Origin: Cenococcum geophilum
Lineage: Eukaryota
Reading direction: 5' to 3'
Assembly (NCBI GenBank): GCA_050273025.1
Contig: CP158636.1
Location: 10,912,001 to 10,976,000 of the forward strand
DNA length: 64,000 nt
Each line of letters begins with the position of its first letter. Positions within the stretch are counted from its first letter, which is position 1. This document shows, one piece after another, positions 22,601 to 35,326 of the stretch. The notes below the pieces were generated by a model. That model made no database searches and was not told the DNA's origin. It saw nothing but the letters and a program-made list of their open reading frames with translations. Made by a program: the position numbers and the translations under genes.

Positions 22601-25600
22601 AAGGGAGCCTTAATTATAATATTAAAGGATCTAAAGGAATAATTAAAGGACTAGAGAAGCAAGAGGCGTATCTTAGTACCTGCAAATAAAGTCGCAATAT
22701 TTAGATTAGTACGATAAAGGTTTAAACTTAAGGATAAAGATAAGTTAAGAGTTAACCTAAAGCACCTAGCATACTATACGCTAGCATAGATTACATACGT
22801 AGACGATATATATAAGATATATAAGAATCTAAAGGAAAAGAACCGGAAATACCCTATAAGGATATACTAGATAATAGATAAATAATAGTATAGAAATGCT
22901 AAGTATATATACGGCTGGCATCTAGCAGAAGTCTAAGAGGAAGAAAGTTTAATACTTTAATTAGGAAGATTCCTTACGGAAGAATGCTTAGATAGATAAT
23001 AATAGTAGGAATATCTAGAGAATACCTATCTATAGTATATTAAAGATAAAAAGTGAACTAGGCATTAGCTAAAGAGTAAGCTAAGTGTAATAGGATTAAG
23101 TAGCTAATAGTTAAAAAAAGTAGAGGCCTATAGGACTAGAGGGAGCCAGTAGTAGAGCCTTAGACCCTTAAAGGAATTTAAGGATAACACCTAAACCTAA
23201 AAGTTAATTAGCAAGATTAACAGTTTAAAGCGTTAGTAGATAGTAGAGCGATATAAAACTATATCTTACTAATAGTAGTTAAAAGAATAGGGCTACCATA
23301 TAGGCAAAAAGAGCACCCTTATTTATTAGTAATAATTTTAGGAGATCTAATAGCCTATAGAGGAGGTATTATTAATCTTAAAACAGGACTAATTTAGATA
23401 ACTATTAAAGGGAGATAAGTTAAGATGTCTTTTAATATATTACCATTAGGGAATAATAAGGTAGTATTAGAAATGCCTTAGTTATAGGAATATAATCTAA
23501 AGATTAATTAGGTTATAGGTTAGGTTAATATTAGAGATATATAATAATATATGTAAGCTTTACAGTGTGGGAGAATTGAGTGAACGACTTAATTGTAAAT
23601 GGAGGTCTAAAGGGTCTATATATACATGAGGAAGGTATAGATAATAAGATAAGAAAGGGTCAATTGACCGAGTCATTGACCGAGTCAGTGGTCGAGTCGG
23701 TGGCTCGAGTCGGTGAACGAGTCAAGGTGAGCAAGTCGTTGAGTGAGTCAAGGGTAGGCTCAGTAGAGCACCAGTAGTCGGTTATAATATAAGATGTAAC
23801 AATAAACTAAGTTAGTATGGTACTAAGTTGGAGCGATATATAAAGAGACTAAGTAAGGATTAAGTTATATACTAAAGAGATACTATAAGTATAGCAAGAA
23901 GCTATAGTTACTAAAAAGTGAAAAGCTGTTAGATTATATAGTATAGGACTATAAGATAGAACTAGAACTAGGAATAAGTCTAAGGTTCTACCTAACTTAT
24001 AAGTTAATAGAAAAAGAGTTATAGGCACTAAAGGAGTTTGTCCAGGAAAATCTTTAAAAAGGATATATTAGACTATTGTAGTTATTAGCGGGATATCTAG
24101 TACTATTCGTACTAAAGAAGAATGGAAAACTTAGGCTATATATTAACTATAAATAGTTAAATAGTATTACTAGGAAGAATAGATATCCTTTACCCTTAAT
24201 TAGCGAAATCTAAAATAGGATAGGTAACGCGTAAATCTTTACAAAGATAGATCTAAGATAGGCGTACTATTAGATTAAAATTAAGAAAGGCGATAAATAG
24301 AAGGCAGCCTTTAGGTTAAAGGAAAGACTATATAAACTACTAGTTATATAATTTAGGCTTATAAATATACTAGCAACGTTTTAGAAGCGTATTAATAATA
24401 TATTAAGAGAGCACTTAGATGAATTTGTTATGGTATACCTTAATAATATTATTATCTACTTAATAAGTAAGGAAGAATATAGAGAACACGTTAAATAGGT
24501 CTTAAAGAGACTATAAGAAGAATAGATACTAGTAGCGATTAAGAAATACGGATTCTTTACTAGGAAGACAGATTTTATCAGATTTATTATTAAACTAGGC
24601 TAACTTAGTATAGATCTAAAGAAGATTAAGGCTATAGTAAATTGGTAAGAACTAGAAAATGTAATATAGTTAAGGTTATTTCTAGGGTTCTATAACTACT
24701 GTAGAAGGTTTATAGCTTAATAGTTAAAGGATATTAAGCCACTTATAAGATTAATAAAGAAGGAAGAACTATAGGTATGGGGAGAGGAATAAAAGGAACT
24801 GTTTAAAAAAGTTAAATAGTTGTTTACCTAGGAGCCAGTTCTTAAAATTTATTAACTATAGTTAGAGATAGTGGTTAAAACGGATGTATTAGACTATATA
24901 CTAGAAGTATACTTTTTATAAAAATATAAAGATGGATGGCACCTAGTGGCATACTATAGTTAAAAGATAATACTACTAGAACTGAACTATAATATCTATA
25001 ATAAGGAGTTATTAAGTATAGTTGCAGTACTAAAGGAATGGAGACTATTTTTATAAGGTATAGAAAACTATTTATAGTTAAGACGGATTATAAGAACCTA
25101 ATAGGGTTCCTAATAATAAAAGAACTTAATTATAAATAGGTTAGATAGGTAGAGATGCTTATAAAATACTATTTTGAGATTTAGTATACTAAGGGTATAG
25201 AGAATACACGAGTAGATGCTTTAAGTAAAAAGGCTAAACTATAAAATAATAAAAAGCTATTAGGGGCTTTATTGCGAAGGGATACAGATAGATTAATTAG
25301 GTATAATTATTTAAAGATTACGGTAATATAAGAAGAGAAGACCTATAAATTACTAGAAAGTGCTTAGATATAAAAGATCCTAGATATATAAATAGAGGAT
25401 TTAGACTTAGAGTAGTATAAAAATTAAGAAGTAATGTATATACTAAGGTCTATTATAAAAGAGTTTATTAAGTTATTTTATAAAGGACTAACTTAAGGAC
25501 ATAATGGAGCTATAGGCTTAGTGTTAAGACTTTAAGAGGAGTATATTATTAATAGAATTTAAGGACTAGCTAGGTAAGTTATAAAAGAATATCTAAATTG

Positions 25601-27869
25601 CTAAAAGAATAAACTAATAAGGTATAAGCTATATAGAGAGCTATAACCTGTTAAAATACTAGAGAGACTATAGGAGGTTATATTATAGGACTTTATTGTT
25701 AAGTTACTAAAGTTAAAAGATCCTATTACTAGGCAAGATTATAATATAATTTTAGTAATAGTAGATAAGCTTATAAAGTGGGGATACTTTATAGCATATT
25801 TAAAAGAAATATTAGCGGAAGATATTGCTAGAATCTATATTAAAGAAGTATTTATAAGATATAGAGCACTAAGTAAGATTATATCGGACAGAGATCTAAG
25901 ATTTATAGTAGTATTTTAGGAAGTGTTTTTAATAGAGTAAGGAGTTTAAGCAGTAACTTCTACTATATATTATCTATAGATAGACGGTTAAATAGAAAGA
26001 TTAAATTAGACACTAAAATAGTATCTAAGGCATTATATTAATTATATATAGAATAATTAGATATCGCTATTACTAGTTATATAGTTTATATATAATGTAA
26101 CACTATAAGAAGGAATGGGTATATTACTATTTAAGGCGAATTACGGATATAAGCTAAGGACCTTATTATTGCTATATTAAGTAAAGAAGATAAGTAGTAT
26201 AGCTAAGTAAAGAATAAAGAGTTTAATAAATCTTTATATAGACCTTACGGAAATAGTTAAGGTAGTATAACAAAGAATAAAAAAGTACTATAATGCTAAA
26301 AGATCTAAGGGACTAGATCTTAAGGAGGGAGATAAAGTGTGGCTACTATATAAAAATTTTAAGAGTTAATAACTAAGTAAAAAATTGGACTACGTTAGAC
26401 TAGGACCTTTTAAAATTATATAGAAAATTTTACCAATTATATTTAAGTTAAACCTACTAGCTAGGATAAAAATCTACCCTATATAGTATATCGCAATACT
26501 AGAGCTAGCATACGGAAATATTAAGCCACTGGTTTATAAGGCAGATATATATAGAGAATAAGAGGAAGATAAATAGTAAGTTTTAAAGATTATTAGTTAT
26601 AAGGACGTAGACGATAAAATATAGTATAAAGTAAAGTGAATAGGCTACGACGAGACTACCTAGAAGCTATTAAAGAACCTAAAAAACGCTATAGGAAAGG
26701 TATAGGAGTATTAGAAGAAAAAAGGTTAGGTAATATTAATAAAGAGGAATTGCTAAAGAATAAGTTACTTAAGGGGGACCTAGGAAGAGCGACTGCTGAA
26801 CTACTTAGAGTTGTTTCCTTCTCTATTAGAAGAGAATTTGTTTTTTTATTACTAAGTTCCTATAAACCTTATTAAATAAGTTTTTACTCCTTTAAACGAA
26901 CCTTCTTATAGATATGTTCTAAACGCTAAAGATAGGCGTAAGCTAGACGCTAAGCTTTAAGAATACGAGCGGACTTTTCTAAGGTATATTGGACCGTAAG
27001 TAGCGCCAAGGATAGCTTACTATTAAGCTTTATAGCGGCAGATTAAATACAAAACCCTATAATAAATTACTTAGGGAACTTAAAGACTATTAAGAGTTAT
27101 AGGACGCGTATATTTAATATTGGAAATTAAGCGAATATCGCAGAACGATTAAATATTTGCTTTAGTGCACTTTAAATAAGAAGAGGATTGCTAAGATAAA
27201 GGACTTACTAATGTAATATAGACTAACCCCTCTTTTACGTAACAAGAACATGGAGATAATATTACTTTACTAAGCGATAGTATAGAAGAGACTATACGCG
27301 TATAATAAAGAGTTAAAGAAAAAGAAGGTGCTTTAGGTATTATAAGTAACAATATTAACTAAATTAATTAGATGGATATTACACCTCTAGTAAACAACTT
27401 AGAGATGCTAGGTATCTTTAAGAATAAAGATAAAGAGAAGGGAGATGGTATTATGAACGCTTTAAGTATAATATTATAACTACTTAGAGAGGAGTTAGAG
27501 GAAGCTAGTTAGTTAATATAAGTATAGTCTAGGATAGAACCCGTAGAACTATGTAATAAGGAATAGTAAGTAAAGTTACGTAATATAATCTGTGTGATCT
27601 ATATAATTTACGAGATCTATAATAGAGCGAATAGAGTAAATAGAGTAGATAGAGTAACGACTTTCTTAGGAGTATGGTTGTGTATTTAAGGACCCTTAGT
27701 TCCTACCTAGATAGTTCCTACCTTATAGTAATTCTTAGAATATAATTAGAGTTAATCTATTAGGCAACTACTCCACCAGTTATTATTACGTTGTTAACTT
27801 ACTTGCAATACCTATATACCTAGCCTATTAACGAGTCTACCGTAGTTCCTGCTACAAGGCTTTGTTACA
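19660..27869 (+). mobile_element. Ty3/Gypsy retrotransposon 2 (RIP-degraded), nested in the gag region of element 1
   Basis: 421-bp LTRs at 19660-20080 and 27449-27869, TSD GTTTA, PPT AAGAGAAGGGAGATGG. Gag zinc knuckle at ~21090, protease ALVDS(R/G)A at ~23230, RT YLNNI (=YLDDI) at ~24435, then integrase and chromodomain-like sequence to ~26720. Confidence 0.93.
23552..23786. mobile_element. Solo LTR (235 bp) inside element 2 pol
   Basis: TGTAA...TTATA (RIP of TTACA) termini, TSD ATATA. Absent from the homologous position in element 3 (~39420-39440). Confidence 0.85.
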
Positions 27870-29235
27870 GTTTAGACACGCGGAGGTTATCTTTAATCTC
27901 TTAGCCTATATTGTTAGCGAGCGCCTTATAAGCTTATAAGTCTTAGATAATATTATAATTTTAGGTAATATATATCTTAGCTTATATAAGCTTTAGATAA
28001 TAGTTCTATAGAAGGCGGTAGTATTTGTTAGGTTCTCGTATTACCATTTTCGCAAATATTTCGGCGTCTTGTATCTTGATCTTAATGGGTGGTAGCCCTT
28101 TAGCTTATTTATTTGTAGTTATATAGTTAATAAAAGATAAGACATTGTCAATATCCACCTTATTAAGGTTGTTGTAGTCTTTTAAGCCACTAGGCTTCCC
28201 TTTAGGGGTTAAGGCTAGGGCTAATAAATTAAATCCTTCTAGGATTAATTGGCGTTGTGGGTTTGATATAGGTATTAAATTATTCTTTAAGTTTGACATA
28301 GTGGCTAGTAAGGAATTTCGTCTTACTATTATCGGTTCTTTAGAGGTACGAAGTAGGAGATATACTGCTTCTAGCAGCGCCTATAGTATTATAGAGACGT
28401 AGAATTAGTCGTAGGCTAAGCGTTAGTGAAAAAAAAGGCGTAATGTAATGTTATAGGATGGGGGCAATGGCTACAAAGCGTATGTATTTGAGGAGTCTAT
28501 AAGACGTTGCGCGATCGATTGTAAGGGTTAAGGGCGTAAGGAGGTGATATACCTACGCGTAGCTAACGTAAGCTGTACGTAAGGTGTATGTAAGAGCACG
28601 GGGCTCTCCTATGGAGGCCCCTACGGTGGGGTTCTATGATATATAGGTAGCTAAGAAGGGTACACTACTACTATCTATAGTTGGTTGCGAGAAATATAAA
28701 AGAATACGAAAAATAGAGGGGGTAGAGTAATTTATACCCACCTTATAATAATCTAGCTATCCTAGTCTTTTAGAAATATAAGTAGGAGAACTACGCCTCG
28801 CCTACTACACCTTACCCACTACGCCTCTCTAGAAGTGTACTACCGTTAATATAATCTAGAGTTTATACGTATAGCTTTAACTATATAACTAAATCATATT
28901 CTAGTTTAGTAGATCCTCTATAAGATATATTTATAATAATTTATAGTACTTAATAAAAAGTTATATATAAATAACTTAATATATACGGCGCTAGTACGAA
29001 ATATTACTTATAACTAGGGCCCCGTATATTATTATATAGGGCTCCTTAAACGTGGATGTTATATACTAGCTATCCAACCTTTTTACTAAGGTAAGATAGC
29101 GCGCTAGGTCGGTAACTTCTCCGCCCTATAATATTAGTAGTATATATATAATCCGTATACTAATTAATGTATAGGGTAATATAGATTAGGAAGCTAGTAA
29201 AGAAGGGGGTAAATAAGAAGGGGATAGGTAAGAAG

Positions 29236-29325
29236 GGTAGGGCGATAAGGGTAATAAGGGCGATAAGGGTAATAAGGGTAATAAGGGTAATAAGGGCGAT
29301 AAGGAAGATAAGGGCGATAAGGAAG
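29236..29325. repeat. 9-bp tandem repeat (GGGCGATAA/GGGTAATAA)
   Basis: About nine or ten units are directly visible. Confidence 0.8.
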
Positions 29326-32300
29326 ACTCTGTTAAATATATTATTATTAACGATTAATTATAACTTAATATTATACTAAGCTCTATAATATACTAAATAT
29401 TATCTAGTTAAACCGGTTTAGAGCTCTAAATCGCTTATTAGTTAGTTTTAGAGGTTAAATTTGGCTCTAACTAGACTAGTTATATTACTAATCCCTCTAT
29501 TATTAGTCTTGCACTAAGGTATAAGAATAGCAGCTCCTTAGACTAACACTAGTTACTACGCTTTTATACCTACTATTACGGAGTAAGTATGAGTGGTAGT
29601 AATATATAACAAAGTAGATATTATTAAGCTATGTATATAAACTGTATAATGAAGTTAAGACGTTATATAAGGAAAGAAGGTAGGAAAACGGGAAGAAAGG
29701 GCATATATTATTAACTTAGTTGCTTAGTTAATACGTATATAGGCAGAATAGGGTTTAGGTTATAGTCCTAGCAGAACTTAGTAGAATTTAGTAAAACTTG
29801 GCAGAATATAGCAGAATGCCGTAAATTGCCGTTAGATTACTATTAGATTGCTATTTCGCGGTTAGTCTCTAATTACTAAGTTGGTAGAAATAGGTAGATG
29901 TATATAAGGTATTATAGGGGTGTCCCGTAATAGGTCCCCCCCTTTAAACTCGAGCTTTTACGAGATAGGGCTATAGTAGTTCTAAGTAGAGTTTATAAAA
30001 GTCTTTTGTAGCTTATATAAGTCCTATAGAGTTAACGGGTTCCTATAAGGACTTAATAAAGCCTTTTTATTTCATAAGATATATATATTGGCGTTTCCGT
30101 TTATTATACTTAATATTATTAATTCTTTTAATAAAGTACTCGTTCTTACCATCTACTTTAACTAGTAGGGGAGGATCTTATATCTATTTAGGCAGGGCGT
30201 CTAATATAGGGGCAGTAGGGCGGAGGACTAACGTATAAAATATGGGGTGGATTTTAACCGTATTAGGGAGCTTTAGTTAGTAGGCATAAGGAAAGGTAAC
30301 CTTTTCAACCTTATAAGGGCTAGCGTTCTTCTAATTAAGTTTCTTAGTAGGTCGTTTTGTGTTTAGATTTCTTATATTTAGCTAGATGAAATTACTAATT
30401 TAGTAGGCTAGTGCTAGGGTTTGTTTCTTATTCGCTGCGGCTTTATAGACAGATTGAGCCCATATTATCTTATTAGTAAGGAACTGTTATAGTTCCTCTA
30501 TCTTCTTTATAAATTTATTTACTTCTACGACTTAAAAGGCGTAATAAGTAGGGTAAGGAACATTACTAAAGGGTTTAAAACCTATTTATAGGTACTAGCC
30601 GTAATTAGCTAGAAATAGGGAGACTTTTATAGTTTCCAAGATAGAATTATTTATAGTAAACTCGGCGAATACAAGCTAGTTAATTTAGTTATCCTATAAA
30701 TACAACATATATATCCGAATATACTATTCCATTATAGCATTTACGCGTTTCGTTTAGCTATCCGTTTTTAAGTAATACGTAGTAGATAACAGTGCTTTAA
30801 TGCAAAGTTAAGTAGTTAGTTTTTTCTAGAATGCTAAGACAAACTAACTGCCTTTATTAGAGATAATCGTTTTAGGGAGTCCGTAAAGTTTCTATATATA
30901 ATCTAGAAATAGTTAGGTAACGGTAGGCGTTAATATATTAAGGCAGGCGATTAAGTATCTTATTTTAGATAGTCGGTTTATAACTACTATAATGTTTATA
31001 TAGCCTCTACTTTTAGAAAGGTTAATAATAAAGTCAATTAAGATATCCTTCTATCTTTAGTCCAGAATAGGTAGTGGCTTTAAAAGACCGTTATACGTCT
31101 TATTGTTACAAAACTCGTATTGAGCTGTTTATTGATGAAATGGGTTGATTAATTAATAATCTTAACTTGAGGTTGTCCTAATGTAGGGGGCCCCTAGGGC
31201 CCTAAAGAGATTTACAATACACGTGCACGTAACTCGTGTATAGACTACGCCTCTAGAGAATACAGATTATCTAATATACCCCCTTAGCTTTAAGCTCTTT
31301 AAGGTCAAAGCTAACCACCTTCTTATATCCGTTAATAAGTTAATTAAGCCGTAATCTTATCTAAATCCTTCCGTCTTACTCTAATCTTCTCCCTTAAGTC
31401 CTCCAGTTGCTTCTCCTTATTTAGCTACTCCTTAATATCCACCATTCCAATTATATTAACGAAGCTTTAAAACCTCTACTTAGGCAGGGCCTTTATAAGT
31501 CCATCAGCGATTATCTCCTTTGTTACTATCCATTAAAATTATACTCATCTTATTGCGTATTCCTGACGTAGCTAGTATTAATAGATATTAACGTATCAGA
31601 GCTTTGTAATCAGCTTTGCTATATCTTCCATAATTAGTTAGAGCGTCTATATATTATCATATTTAATAATTAAGGGCTTGTTTAGGCGTAATATTATTAC
31701 TTTAAATAGCCTGCTAATAAAGATAGCTTCCTTTACTATCTGTAATAGGGCTAATAACTTAGCTTCTATACTTAACGTTATAACCATACTCTACTTATTT
31801 ACTCTCCAGGCAATCGGCCCCCTAAATAGTTTTATAATATATCCTTATAAGCTTTTTCTATTAACGGAGTTGTCTATAAATAATGCATCACTAGCACAGA
31901 TAAATAATTGCGCTACACCTCTACCGTCTCTTCCGTTGTCTCATCCTTTATTACATATTTCTTTATCTTTCCCTCTACCGTTTATTCCTTCCTTATCTTC
32001 TCTATAGTAGATTACTCTACTCCTTATGCTATATAGGTACTGGATAACTCTATCTACCACTTAATAGTACTCTTAGCCTAGGTTCTAATTAAACCTTACT
32101 AGCTATAATACTGCAAAGGTAATATCTAGACGTATTATAGTGGCTATATAGAGTACTAAACCCAGTTTTCTCTAATATAGTATTATAGAGGCTGGTAGGG
32201 ATATAGGACGGACTAATAGGTCTATATTAGGGGACGGACGCATTAAATAGATTAATTAATAATTAGTAGAAAGGAGTTCCAATTCTGCTATAGGAGTGTT

Positions 32301-35300
32301 TAGAAGACGCCCTTTAAGATCTATTTTATACTAGTTAGCTATCTTCTTAATATAGGCTTCCTAGGATAGCTACAGGAGCCTCTAACTATAATTATATAGT
32401 ACGTAGATTCCTAGGAACTATTTTAGCTCGCTAAGGGTACTTATCTAGTATTCCTTGCTTAGCTCCTTAATTACTTCTTAAGCCTTTTTCTTATCTATCT
32501 TTTAGTAGTAGAAGACAATATCGTCGACATAGAAGAAGATAATTATTCTACCCTTTAGCATAACATATAGCTCCTAAGGTACCTCTTTAAAACCCAATTC
32601 TGTCAGCAAGCTCGTGAGATTCTTCTGCTATAACAGTGGTAATCATTATAGTCCGTAAAGGGCTTTTCTTAAGCGTAGTATTTTATCTATCTTTCCTTTA
32701 TTAAACCCTAGCGGTAGCTTTATATAGATAACCTTATTAAGATCGCAATAGACAAACACATTAACTATATCTATCTGTATTGTCTCCAAGTCGAATTTTA
32801 CGGTAATTGCCATTAGGGTTCTAAAGGTCGTGCTCGCCAATATAGTAGCTCTCATAGGTAGGTCTTTTAGAGCCTATTAATTTCCGCATACTACTAAGCA
32901 TGCCTTGCATTTCTAGAGGAATTTATGCTTATCCATCTTATAGATAAATATCTATATTAAGCTGAGGACCTACTATCCCTTTATATACTTCTTATCTGTT
33001 TCTTAAAACGACTTCATTTAATAATAAGATTGGAGGTGGGCTTATTAAGCTTCTTAAAACTAATCTTAAAGAGGATATATATTAAGGTCGCAGATTAACT
33101 AAGGTGGCGGAGGTAAGTTCTTCCTATATAATCTAACATCGCGTATTCTACCTAATTTTAGCTTACTATTATTAAGTTAACTATCAAGGTTAAACTTCTA
33201 TCCTACTAAGAAGGCGCCGTAATAGGCTAAAGTAATCCTTTTAGTAATAAAGTCTTTAAACCTATTATTATAGGCTTCCTCAAATAAGTCTTTAACCGAG
33301 TCGTTAAACACCCCCTAAGTATTAAACCCGTTTCCTTTTCGTTGGATAATGTCCTAATCTAGTATATCTAACCTTATAGGGTACTTAACGTAAAAGGCGC
33401 ATAGAGATTCTTTATCTTCTTTTATTAGAGGTAGCGTATAATACGCATCTTTGAGAGCTCTTACTAGGTCGAGATCTGCTAACTTATTAAAGGTTCGAAC
33501 TGGTTCATCTTTAACGTCGTCATCTTCCTCTTAAATTAATGGTTTAAATATTTCTTTATTATCTTTTAAAAGAACCTCATTCTTAGTTAGGGTATTAGGG
33601 AGTTAAATCTTTTTAATTAGTGTATCTAATTTAGCGTATAGGTCCTTTAAGATGTCCGTTCGCTTACCGTTAAAGAATATCTTTTTATTAAAGATAACAT
33701 CCCTTATAGAGATAACGATACCTTTATATAGGATCCAGATCCTATAGATATTGGTAAAGTTATAGCCAATAAAGTAGCTAATATAGGCTCGCGGATCTAG
33801 CTTATTTAGCTTTTTCTTCTTTAGCTAGGCGTCCAATATTATTACGTACGCCCTATAGCTATAGGCTTTTAGGTACACCAGTTGCGGCTTTCTTAATCTC
33901 TTATTAGCTAAGAAGGTATAAAACCTCTTATATGGCGATTTCCAACCAAAGCTTTCCCGTGGCGTTTAATCTCAAAGGTAAACTATATAGTCGACTATCT
34001 CGTTCTATAGGTCGTGTGGTAGATTAGTAGCAATTCTTATTACACATACTCTCTTAATAATTACACCCCCTAAGCGTTCGGCGGTACCATTTTATACTTA
34101 GGTATATAGCTGTCACGAAACTCGTATTGAGCTGTTCATTGATAAAATGGGTTAATTAATTAATGATCTTGTCTTAAGGTTAATTTTATGACCTGGGGCC
34201 CTTAAGCTACAATAAAGAGATTTACAATGCAGGTGCCCTATACACGTAACTTGTATACGGTCTACGCCACCAGAGAATACAAATTATCTAACACACCCCC
34301 TTAGCTTTAAGCTCTTTAAGGTTAAAGCTAACCACCTTCTCATATCTGTTAATAAGTTAATTAAGCCATAATCTTATCTAAATCCTTCCGTCTTGCTCTA
34401 ATCTTCTCCCTTAGGTCCTCCAGTTACTTCTCCTTATTTAGCTACTCCTTAATATCCACCATTCCGATTATATTAACGAAGCTTTAAAACCTCTACTTAG
34501 GCAGGGCCTTTGTAAGTCTATCAGCAATCATCTCCTTTATCGCTATCTATTAAAATCGTACTTATCTCATTACGTATTCCTAACGTAGCCAGTATTAATA
34601 GATGTTAACGTATTGGAGCTTCGTAATTAGCTTTACCGTATCTTCCATAATTAGTTAGAGCGTCTGCGTATTATTATATTTAATAATTAAGGGCTTATTT
34701 AGGCGTAACGTTATTGCTTTAAATAGCCTACTAATAAAGATAGCTTCCTTTACTGTCTATAATAGGGCTAATAACTTAGCTTCTGTGCTTAACGTTATAA
34801 CTATACCCTACTTATTTACTTTCTAGGCGATCGGCCCCCTAAATAGCTTTATAATATATCCTTATAAGCTCTTTCTATTAACAGAGTTATCCGTAAATAA
34901 TACATCGCTAGTACAGATAAATAATTGCGCTATACCTCTACCGTCTCTTCCGTCGTCTCGTCCTTTGTCGCGTATTCCTTTATCTCTCCCTCTACTATTT
35001 ATTTCTTCCTTATCTCCTCTATAGCAGATTACTCTACTCCTTATACCATATAGGTACTAGATAACTCTGTCTACCGCTTAATAGTGCTCTTAGCCTGGGT
35101 TCTAATTAAACCTTACTAGCTATAATACTGTAAAGGCAATATCCGGACGCATTATAGTGGCTATATAGAGTACTAAACCCAGTTTTCTCTAATATAGTAT
35201 CGTAGAGGCTAGTAGGGATATAGGACGGACTAATAGGTCTATATTAGGGGACGGACGCGTTAAACAAATTAATCGGTAATTAGTAGGAAGGAGTTCCAAT

Positions 35301-35326
35301 TCTGCCATAGGAGTATCTAAAAGACG

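Larger units (their letters stand above)
14035..28641 (-). mobile_element. Ty3/Gypsy chromovirus-type retrotransposon 1 (RIP-degraded), interrupted by element 2
   Basis: 193-bp LTRs at 14035-14227 and 28449-28641, TSD TATAG. PPT at ~14228-14241. RT YLDDI at ~17110-17125, RNase H/integrase at ~15000-16700, chromodomain-like segment at ~14580-14770. Confidence 0.92.
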
